From Planctomycetota bacterium (lineage in GTDB: Bacteria > Planctomycetota > Phycisphaerae > UBA1845): a DNA stretch of 64,000 bases. The first letter of the stretch is position 1, and each line of letters opens with the position of its first letter. Location: positions 6,756-70,755 of the forward strand of contig JAJRYY010000009.1 of the NCBI GenBank assembly GCA_024275565.1, written 5' to 3'. Shown here in pieces: positions 27,424-36,300 of the stretch. The notes below the pieces were generated by a model, which was given only the letters and a program-made list of their open reading frames with translations, was not told where the DNA came from and did no database searches. The position numbers were made by a program, and so were the translations under genes.

Positions 27424-27462
27424 GAGGGTGCCACTGACGAACTGTCCGCCGGTGGCACCCTT
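27424..27462. repeat. REP-family hairpin (GGGTGCCAC...GTGGCACCC), possible terminator for convergent genes
   Basis: A perfect 9-bp stem. It shares the GGGTGCCACTG core with the other REP copies. Confidence 0.4.
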
Positions 27463-27612
27463 TCTTTAGATACCATACAATGACACGGAACATGCAGCAG
27501 AAAAGGATCAGCGTCGTGAATGAACCATCACTCTACGACCGTCTCGGTGGCTGTGAGGGCAGAATATATCGATGGTGGTTCAGGGCGTGGGAATCGAGGG
27601 GACAAAGAGCGA

Positions 27613-29076
27613 TCAGGCAATCAATGAATACACTGTAATCGAGACAGCAGCGATCATAGCCGCCGCCGCAAGCCACGCGAGAATCCGACGAAAATCGTAT
27701 TCTACCCAGGTGAAAACCTGATCCAGTTTATCAAGTCCCGTAACGAGCGCCTCAGCCACCAGGAGCAATCCATTGCGGGCAGGCGACCAGATGCGATCGT
27801 AAAATGGAATACAGACACGTTCGCGAATCGGCAGCCAGGCATGCCTGAGGGCGATCGCACGCATTCTCGCCACATGGGTGCCAAACGAGATGGATGGATT
27901 GGATGACTTGGATGGATTGGATGACGAATCGCCTTTTGGCTTCCCGGGTGCTGTTTCAGTCTCTTTTGAAACGTCCGACGCCTCGGGGGGAGCGGGCGAA
28001 TCATCCGTAAAGTCCGGGATCGGATCAGTCTCTGAGACGAACCGTGCAGCCTCCAGATCTGTTAAATCAGGCTGCGGTGAATTCAAGGACTCCTTCGAGA
28101 TATCGCCCGTCTCTTCGACAAGATCGGACGGTCTCACTGCATTGTCAGGAACCACGGCCTCTGATTCAGCGACATCCGATTCAGCGACATCGAAGTCAGC
28201 AGACTCGGATTCAGCGACGTGAGATTCAGCAGCCTCGGATTCCGCAGCCTCGGATTCAGCAGCGTGGGCTTCAACGACATCATTGTCATTGAACGAACCC
28301 GGACGCGCCCCGCCATCAGAGATCACGTCATCGGTCGAGGCAGCGTTCTCTTCTGCGACCAGTGAACTTGCGGCGTCGATTTCCTCCGCAATCCCATAGT
28401 CAGTCTCATCTGTCATCTCAGCGATGAGGTCTTCGACGTGTACCAGTTCGGCTTCCAGTTGCTCGTGCGAGACGCGTTCAGGATGCTCGGAAGAGGGGAG
28501 ATCGGCGCTTCCAGATGCAGGCAGTTCGGAATATTCCCCGGTCGATCCGGGTGACAGGGGATCTGCCCCGTCGGATGCACCCGACGCCTCATCGTCGATC
28601 CCGGTTGCAGCCGGCTTGAGGATACCGACTTCCCGACCGAGTTCGTGGGACAGGTCGGTGGCTTCGTCCAGCACACGGTCAACCTCTGTTCCCACCAGCC
28701 CAGACGGGTCCAACCCGGTCGGATCAAACCCGGTCGGATCAAGCACAGACGGGTCAAGCCCAGTCGGATCAAGCCCGGTCGGATCAAACCCAGCCGAGTC
28801 CAGCCCAGCCGAGTCCAGCCCAGCCGAGTCCAGCCCGGTCGGGTCCAGTCCAGACGGGTCAAGCCCTGGCGGATTAGGGCTGACAGGATCAGGCGTCGGA
28901 AAATCAGGTGCAGACGAATCAGGCTCAGCCGGTTCATGCCCAGGCGTATTGGATCCAGCCGCTCCGGGTTCAGGCGGATCGGGTTCGGGTGGGCTGGGTT
29001 CGGTTTGTTCAGGGGGGTCGGGCATAGAAATCAGGTCTCGCGGTATCCGGAGTATCATCGGAGGATACTGCCGCAA
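27613..29076 (-). CDS. tail-anchored acidic repeat protein (hypothetical)
   Basis: 487 aa. About 13 tandem (P/S/T/A)GLD peptide repeats and AESE repeats are encoded by DNA-level tandem repeats (28680-28870). There is a single C-terminal TM helix and a conserved ~90-aa C-terminal region. Confidence 0.5.
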   Translation of the reverse strand: MRQYPPMILRIPRDLISMPDPPEQTEPSPPEPDPPEPGAAGSNTPGHEPAEPDSSAPDFPTPDPVSPNPPGLDPSGLDPTGLDSAGLDSAGLDSAGFDPTGLDPTGLDPSVLDPTGFDPTGLDPSGLVGTEVDRVLDEATDLSHELGREVGILKPAATGIDDEASGASDGADPLSPGSTGEYSELPASGSADLPSSEHPERVSHEQLEAELVHVEDLIAEMTDETDYGIAEEIDAASSLVAEENAASTDDVISDGGARPGSFNDNDVVEAHAAESEAAESEAAESHVAESESADFDVAESDVAESEAVVPDNAVRPSDLVEETGDISKESLNSPQPDLTDLEAARFVSETDPIPDFTDDSPAPPEASDVSKETETAPGKPKGDSSSNPSKSSNPSISFGTHVARMRAIALRHAWLPIRERVCIPFYDRIWSPARNGLLLVAEALVTGLDKLDQVFTWVEYDFRRILAWLAAAAMIAAVSITVYSLIA

Positions 29077-29143
29077 TCTCCAGAGCGACTGAGAATTGCC
29101 ATCCTGTATTGTGAATTACCGACCAGCAGCGATAATCCCAGCC

Positions 29144-29878
29144 ATGCGCATCCCACGGGTACACCATCCAGAATTGCAGATCGCCAGGAATGACCGTCTC
29201 CAGTTGTCGCTGGCTGAGGCGCAGCACGTCCGTGCAGTATTACGCTGCGGCGTTGGGGACGCGGTCCGTGTGTTTGACGGTGACGGCGGGGTGGCCGACG
29301 GGCAGATCGCCGAAATCAGCCGGCGGGACGTCTTCGTAGAAGTTGGCCGCATAACAAAATGGGCGTTTCCGAGCGAACTGAAGGTGACGCTGGCGGTGGC
29401 TGCTCCGAAAGGGCCTCGGCAGAGTGTACTGGTCGAAAAATGCACAGAACTGGGCGTCTGGGGCATATGGCCGGTGGTCTTCGAGCGCAGCGTCGTGAAA
29501 CCGGGGTCGGGTGTGATCGAGAAATGGCGGCGGACTGCCATCGAATCCTGCAAGCAGTGCGGGCGTGACTGGACGCCGAGGATCGCTGAAACAGTGGATT
29601 TCGAGTCGGCTGCGTCGAAATTCGGTGAATTCTCGCAAGTATTTGTTGCACATAAGGATACTGCATTTTCAATGCTTTCAGAACTTTCTGCATCAGAAGA
29701 TGGGGTCCACGGCAACATTCTGGTCTGGATTGGTCCGGAGGGTGGGATGACCGATAACGAACTGGGGATGTTGCAGGAGGCTGGTGGCGTTGGCGTTCGG
29801 CTTGGGGCGCATGTTTTGCGCATCGAGACCGCTGCCATCGCAACTGCTTCGATTTTGTGTTCCGGGCGAGTAAAGTGA
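29144..29878 (+). CDS. rsmE: 16S rRNA (uracil1498-N3)-methyltransferase
   Basis: MRIPRVHHPELQ...LSLAEAQHVRAVLR is the typical RsmE N-terminal PUA-like start. A SPOUT C-terminal domain follows. Confidence 0.8.
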   Translation: MRIPRVHHPELQIARNDRLQLSLAEAQHVRAVLRCGVGDAVRVFDGDGGVADGQIAEISRRDVFVEVGRITKWAFPSELKVTLAVAAPKGPRQSVLVEKCTELGVWGIWPVVFERSVVKPGSGVIEKWRRTAIESCKQCGRDWTPRIAETVDFESAASKFGEFSQVFVAHKDTAFSMLSELSASEDGVHGNILVWIGPEGGMTDNELGMLQEAGGVGVRLGAHVLRIETAAIATASILCSGRVK

Positions 29879-29990
29879 GAATTTAGTGGCGTACGCGTTC
29901 CATGGGGGTTTCGTCGGGCGATCGGCGCGGGTATGAGATGTGGCATAGTGTTGGTAATGCATGATCAGGTTGCAGACTTAGGGTGGAGCG

Positions 29991-30902
29991 ATGATGGCAT
30001 TTTTGCGGTTGATGCGTCCGGCGCAGTGGATCAAGAATCTGGCGGTGCTGGCTGGTCCTGCGTTTGCGATGCAGTTTGGCGAGGACGCGGTCTGGAACAC
30101 GCTGTTGATTTTTGTAGCGTTTTGTCTGATCTCGAGTGCAAGCTACGCGATCAATGATGTGATGGATCGTGAGGCTGACGCGTTGCATCCCAAGAAGAAG
30201 ACGCGTCCGATTGCGTGTGGGGATGTGTCGCCGGGGGCTGCGATCGTTCAGGCGATCCTGCTGGTGGTGGCTGGCGTGGGGTTGAGTGCGAAGATGCTGC
30301 CACTCGGATGTACGGTCATTCTGGTGGCGTATTTTGTGGTGATATTGTCTTACTCGCTGGCGTTGAAACGCCGGATGATTCTGGATGTGATTTTGATCGC
30401 GGTGGGGTTTGTGCTTCGGGCGACAGCCGGTGCGGAGGCGGTCGAGGTTGTGGTGTCGCCGTGGCTGATCGTTTGTACTTTTACGATTTGCTTGTTCATG
30501 GGGTTCGGTAAGCGGCGATGCGAGATTGCTCAGTTTGGGTCGCTGGAGGAAGCCAGCGAGCATCGGCTGACGTTGCTTCGGTATACGCCGGAGTTTTTGA
30601 ATCATCTGATCAGCGTGTCAGCCGGGATCGCGATCATGACGTTTTTGCTCTACACGATGGATCGCAACCCGGAGTATGCACCGCCGTTTCGGAAGGACCA
30701 TCTGCTGTACACGATGCCGCTGGTGGTCTATGGGGTGTTTCGGTTTGCCATGCTGGTGCAGAGCGGGAATCGCCAGGGGCCTATGGATATCATCGTGCGG
30801 GATAAGCCGTTTATCGGGACGATCGTGATCTGGGGCCTGCTGGCGGTTGCGATTATGACGGAGAAGTACTGGCTGGCAGCGGTCGGGTTCGGGGCTGGGT
30901 GA
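29991..30902 (+). CDS. UbiA-family prenyltransferase (decaprenyl-phosphate phosphoribosyltransferase-like)
   Basis: The NDVMDREAD aspartate-rich motif is present and the protein is multi-TM. The segment 30575-30690 is duplicated in degenerate form at 32767-32885. Confidence 0.7.
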   Translation: MMAFLRLMRPAQWIKNLAVLAGPAFAMQFGEDAVWNTLLIFVAFCLISSASYAINDVMDREADALHPKKKTRPIACGDVSPGAAIVQAILLVVAGVGLSAKMLPLGCTVILVAYFVVILSYSLALKRRMILDVILIAVGFVLRATAGAEAVEVVVSPWLIVCTFTICLFMGFGKRRCEIAQFGSLEEASEHRLTLLRYTPEFLNHLISVSAGIAIMTFLLYTMDRNPEYAPPFRKDHLLYTMPLVVYGVFRFAMLVQSGNRQGPMDIIVRDKPFIGTIVIWGLLAVAIMTEKYWLAAVGFGAG

Positions 30903-31042
30903 TTGTGGATAAAGTTAGGGGATTATTACATGGTTGAAGGAAAAAATAACTGCGTCCCCCGTTTCAAGTCACCCGTATTACACCCTACTCAATCCAATCG
31001 CCGCAGACGGATGAAGAGTTACATTAGATCCAACCTATGGAG

Positions 31043-31684
31043 TCAAATGAACTTATCGAGTTCATCGGGATTCTTCAGAAACGTCTTGATCAACTCACCG
31101 CGCTTTAGCAACCAATCTGAATGCCCGAGGTCTTTCCGCATCGCCCGTAGTAGGTCATCCATTGCAACCAGGATATTCAAATCACTATTTTCTGACGCTA
31201 CACGAAACTTGCCGTATGCCTGAATGACATCACGCGACCCCCATATGACAAGATCAGTGACGAATTCCTGGTAGAAAGACACCAGTTCCGTGTTTTCTGC
31301 GATAGCGTTGCCCGAGTTGTCATTCTTGTACTTAATCATCACGTCCATGACTTTCTTGATGAACCTGACGTAAAGCTGGATTTTCTGCGGACGATGCGAT
31401 TCCGAAATCTCGCGCGTTTTAGATCGCTGCTGGGAAATAATGACAGCACCGAATCCGACAATAGACGTTGCGGCGCCAGCGATAATCGCAGCAACGACTT
31501 CGGACTCCACCGATGACAACCATCTCAGAACGACAAGCCCGCCCATCCGTATCCCAACAAGAATGCCCATTACGATCGCGATTGCGGATAAGGTAGGAAG
31601 AGCCGCGTAAACTCGACTCATCCTATTATTCGAATTCGTTCCTATGTCGGCAAGCACTTCGTCGCCTGGGTTGAGCTTGATCAT
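31043..31684 (-). CDS. hypothetical 2-TM membrane protein encoded in a low-GC islet
   Basis: 213 aa. Local GC is roughly 45% against ~60% in the surroundings. No recognisable motif. Confidence 0.45.
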   Translation of the reverse strand: MIKLNPGDEVLADIGTNSNNRMSRVYAALPTLSAIAIVMGILVGIRMGGLVVLRWLSSVESEVVAAIIAGAATSIVGFGAVIISQQRSKTREISESHRPQKIQLYVRFIKKVMDVMIKYKNDNSGNAIAENTELVSFYQEFVTDLVIWGSRDVIQAYGKFRVASENSDLNILVAMDDLLRAMRKDLGHSDWLLKRGELIKTFLKNPDELDKFI

Positions 31685-32115
31685 CGGTTGAGCTCGCTAT
31701 TCAGTTTCATCGAGGCGCTGTTGAATCGCATCCGGGTATTGAAACGGGGACGTAGCTAGCTAAGACGCTCCCCATCATATGGGCATGTCCATTGCGACCG
31801 TATGCCAACGCGATGCTTGTTCTGGACATGCGTTGTTGCCTTCTGCCGTTGAATTGATGGCCCAGTATATATTGTTGCCTAACAGAAGTCAAATATGGGA
31901 TTGGCATGGCTGTGCGAGATGGTTGTGATGTTGAGGTCGGTTTTTTGCCTGTATATTGGAGATTTTGGTGGTTTGGGGGACGGGTGACGCGTTGGGTTTG
32001 TCGATGTCGGGCAATGCCCGACCTACCTTCCGGCGGGTGAAACCCGCCCTGCAGGGGTTTCATGAGCTATTTCCGGTCTTAACGTCCGAATAATGGAACA
32101 CGGTTTGACTAGAAC

Positions 32116-32138
32116 GACTTAGTCGTGTAGACTAAGTC
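32116..32138. promoter_or_regulatory. perfect 9-bp inverted repeat (GACTTAGTC-gtgta-GACTAAGTC) overlapping the antitoxin start; putative TA operator
   Basis: The palindrome lies 2 bp upstream of the ATG at 32140. Confidence 0.4.
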
Positions 32139-32139
32139 T

Positions 32140-32385
32140 ATGGGGATGGTAAACATCCACTGAAGCAGCAAGACGCACCTCTCGAAATTGCTGGAGCGGA
32201 TTGCGCGCGGTGAAGAGATTATCATCGCCAAGGCAGGCAAGCCCATTGCACGATTGATCCCCTATACTGATCGCCACGCACCGCGCGTTGGCGCTCAGTG
32301 GAAAGGTCTTGTCCGCATCCATGAAGATTTCGACGAACCCCTGCCTCCAGAGATGAATGCAGGATTCATGGGTGAAGGCCCGTGA
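32140..32385 (+). pseudogene. Phd/YefM-family antitoxin gene interrupted by an in-frame TGA at codon 8
   Basis: MGMVNIH*SSKTHLSKLLERIARGEEIIIAKAGKPIARLIPY...DFDEPLPPEMNAGFMGEG matches the Phd-type antitoxin family apart from the stop at 32161-32163. Confidence 0.6.
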
Positions 32386-32764
32386 GTGGTTACCTGCTGG
32401 ATACGCACGTCATTTTGTGGTGGCTGGATGAGATCCCACCCAATTGTCTTCTGAGGCTTGCGAGGCGATTTCAGACGCGGATAATGATGTGTTTGTGAGC
32501 GCTGCCGTCGCCTGGGAGATGGCGATCAAGAAATCCATCGGGCGCCTCGACATTCCCGGCAATCTACCAGACGTGCTCAGTTCTGACATCATTAAGGTGC
32601 TAGACATCAACATCCATCACGCCCTGGCTGTGGGTGATTTGCCGATCCTCCTCCAGGATCCCTTCGACCGCATTCAGATCGTTCAGGCCAATCTGGAAAA
32701 TCTGATCCTGATTACCCACGACAAAAGAGTTCAGCAATACGACGTGAAATGGTGGGCCACCTGA
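32382..32764 (+). pseudogene. VapC-like PIN-domain toxin gene with a frameshift near 32420-32445
   Basis: Frame 0 reads VSGYLLDTHVILWWLDEIPP..., which is the PIN N-terminus. The remainder (LSSEACEAISDADNDVFVSAAVAWEMAIKKSIGRLDI...) continues in another frame (32444-32764). Confidence 0.6.
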
Positions 32765-32766
32765 TC

Positions 32767-32885
32767 AGGTTACGGTATACGCCGGTGTTTTTGAATCATC
32801 TGATCAGCGTGTCAGCCGGGATCGCGCGATCATGACGTTTTTGCTCCACACGATGGATCGCAACCCTGAGTATGCCCCGCGACCT
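32767..32885 (+). repeat. degenerate ~115-bp duplicate of an internal 3' segment of the UbiA-family gene (30575-30690)
   Basis: cggtatacgccggtgtttttgaatcatctgatcagcgtgtcagccgggatcgcg...acgatggatcgcaaccctgagtatgcc matches the original with about 8 differences. Confidence 0.7.
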
Positions 32886-33099
32886 GCCCCCATTTTATGT
32901 ACTGAAAAACATCCTGATGATCTGCCAACCGGAGTTGGTGAATCACCTGTTTACACGGGGCGTAACGACCTCGAGCCGAGCAATGACGGGTCTTGAAATT
33001 CCACCGCCCAGCCCCAACGCCTACCTGTCGATTTGACGAATATCAGCCGTCCAGAGAGGCTGCCGCCGATTTCTTCTTTGCCAGGCTGGATATGCCCGG

Positions 33100-33139
33100 C
33101 GGCGTCCATCTCTGCAGAGCGGCGTCCATCTCTGCAGAG
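33100..33139. promoter_or_regulatory. perfect 20-bp tandem duplication, each unit containing the palindrome CTCTGCAGAG, ~250 bp upstream of the G8 protein gene
   Basis: cggcgtccatctctgcagag occurs twice, back to back. Confidence 0.35.
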
Positions 33140-33391
33140 ATGTGCGATGCCATCCAGCAACACTTCAAGCAGCCTTGAGTTACTCCAAACAGCCTTGAAT
33201 TCGTACCGGATTATGCTAAAGTAGTGCTTCAGATTTCATCTGATGGGGAAAACCTGCCCCAGAACGCACGTTGTCGCATTTCGAATTTGTCAACGCTCAG
33301 GTTTCGCGAGCGGCGGGGTGATTGTTCATCTCAGAAGCATTGGTCGCAGGTGAAAAGCAAAATTTACTCAGACAGGAAAGGAGTCCTACTT

Positions 33392-36300
33392 ATGCACAGG
33401 ACGCTCTGTGGAACCGTTGTAATGTTGGCTGCCATACTCACCGGTGACGTGCTACTCGCACAATTCCAGGCCGGTCCGGTTTTACCAATCCTCGGCCCCA
33501 TCAGGCAGGGAGGTTTTGAATGGCCTGATCAGGGTAACGATTTTGCGTACACGCCGGGAGGATCGTTTTGGGCATTCACTGGCGGAACCGGACTGGCCGG
33601 CAACGGCAGTGGGTTCACACGTTTCAATCCCCCCGCACCCCAGGGAGACCAGGTCTGCTTCATACAGAATGCTTCGAACAGCACAGTGAGTCAGAAATTC
33701 ATATACCCCGCTGGCCGATACAGATTCAGGGTCAAAGCTGCCCAGCGCCTGCGAGGCAACGGAAATCTTGACCAGCAAACTATCAGCTTGCGGATCGATG
33801 GCACGGAAATACTCAGCATCACCCCGCCCGATGAAAACTACACCCAGTACATCACCGATTATATTCTGCTGGACAGCTCGTCCCACGTGCTCACGTTTGT
33901 CGGCATGCAGAACGGTGGAAACTCCGCTTTTATCGACCAGGCGCAGGTTCAGTCCCTCAACGCAACCGCAGACAACTGGTCGGACCCAGGCACATGGCAG
34001 AATGGGGTCGTACCCGGTCCAACCGTGGATGCCACGATTCCCCTCGGCCAGACGGTTCTGCTGGATACTGACGCAAATGTCAAATCACTGACGGTCTTGG
34101 GATCGCTGTATTGCAAAGACGACGACGTATCCATCACAGCAAACTTCATCAATGTCTCAGGCTGGTTCGAATGTGGATCGGAAACAAGTCCACATCTTCA
34201 AAATATGACCATGACACTCAACGCGCCCCACAATCACCCTCCATGCACTCCGCCTGAAACTCCGAACTGTGAACAGACCACCTGCGATACCCGATGCGAT
34301 GGAACCTTTGAACCGTCGACGAAACACCTCATGGCCATACAAGGTGGAACCATCGAACTCCACGGCGAACCGCGTCTCAGCTGGACACAGATAAGCGCCA
34401 CAGCAGCCGTCGGTGACACATCGATTACCGTCATTGACCCGGTCGACTGGCGCATCGGTGATCAGATTGTCATTGCACCCACTTCAGAGAATACCAACGA
34501 AGGAGAAGAAGTCACCATTACCAACGTCAGCAACAACGGGCTGACCATAGATTTCACCCCAGGACTGCAATTCGAACATTACGGAGAACAGACCACATAC
34601 AACAACGGGGTGACTTCCTGGGTTCTCGATGAACGCGCGGAAGTGGGCCTGCTGACACGCAACATCGTGCTGAAGGCTGCCGAAGGAACAACTTCAGACG
34701 GTTACGGTGCACACATGATGACCATGAATGGTGCATTCTCCCGTGTCTCGGGCGTTGAGTTTTATCAGGTAGGCCAGGCAGGTCATCTCGCCCGATACCC
34801 CTTCCACTGGCACCTCGCAGGCGATGCCACCGGACAATACATCAGAAACTGCTCAATTCACAACAGTTACCACCGATGCGTCACCCTTCATGGAACCAAC
34901 AACGCGGACATATCGGACAACGTATGTTACGATATCCTGGGACATGCCTACTTCATCGAAAATGGCACTGAAGTCGACAACACATTCGATCACAACCTGG
35001 GAATCCTGACCAGAAAGGTACCGAAAGTAGATGCGGTACTCGAATCCGATTATCGCAATGGCTCTGCATCCAATGGTCCAGCCACCTTCTGGATTCGTCA
35101 CCCGGACAACATCTACACGAACAATGCAGCCGCCGGTTCTGAGGGTTCGGGCTACTGGTACGGCATGCTTCAGGGCGATGACTCACTATTTGCCCAGTTC
35201 GGGAAGTTTGAAAACAACCGTGTCCACTCATCTCGGCAGGGGTATACAGCCTGCAGCAACCCAAGCGGTCCACACGGAATGAATCCACCAACACCGGCGG
35301 TTCTCCAGGGACTCACCGTCTCCAACTGCAAACAGGGGGTTTGGCCATGTGCAGCCAGCCAGACAGCAGAAAAGTCGATCTTCAAGAACATGATCGTCGC
35401 AAACTGCGAGAATGGATTTCAGGCACCCAATCCGGTCGCTCTGGAAGACTCGCTGTTTGTCGGGTATTCGAACAATGCCCCGCAGGCAGCCGAACTCGGT
35501 AGCAACTCAAACTGGCGAGGCGTTCAGGTATACGATCAGGGGTTCCTTTTCACCAATATACACTTTGAAAACTACGATCGCCCGTTCATGACGGCCTTCT
35601 TCCCAGGCGGAGGGGCCCACAAACATGCAAATAACCGCGCCATAGGCCTGACATTCAACAATGCCCCCAATGTATTCCTTGACCCAAACAACTTCTGGAA
35701 GATCGGCAACGTCCCCGGATGGTGGGGAGACGTGATACACGATCTCGACGGAAGTCTGGTAGGCGATGACTGGGCCTTCGTGGCAGGCCATCCCGTCATG
35801 TTCGATCGAACATGCACTCAGCCAACCAACATGAACACCGACGGATACGCATGCCCCTATCGCTATGCCCATTTCCGAAGCGAACACTTCGCCTCCATCG
35901 ATCCGATCACCGTGATTCGGTCCGACGGCTATAGCAACACAAGTGGTCATATCAATGCCCGTTTCATCACGGAAATCATCATGGATGACTCTTACTTCTA
36001 CACATACCGCTACTCCACAGGGCTGAAGTTCAAAAAGCTTCAAGTCTCACTGCGGAACGCCTTCGGCGGCGACAACGCGGTGTACGAGTTCCTGGACGTC
36101 CCGTCGACCTTCAGCATTCCAACCAGCGGTTGGCAGCAGGCTTCTTCAGTGGACGATCTCATGACAGGCGCGGGACACCGATATGTCTGGCGAGACCATT
36201 CGCTGTTCCTTAAGATGCAAGCCAGCGGTGATGACTGGCATGCGACCGACATAGTCGACATTTGCCTGAGAGACGTCAATTGTGCACTAACGCATGAGGT

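Noticed and set aside
32161-32163. In-frame TGA in the antitoxin as evidence of an alternative genetic code (UGA as Trp or Gly)
   Set aside because: TGA terminates clearly conserved genes elsewhere in the window, for example ClC at 2114-2116. The standard code applies, so the TGA is a nonsense mutation or a sequencing error.
32993-33178. 61-aa ORF covering the 20-bp tandem palindrome
   Set aside because: It has no RBS and no conservation signal, and it is created by the repeat itself. Treated as non-coding regulatory DNA.
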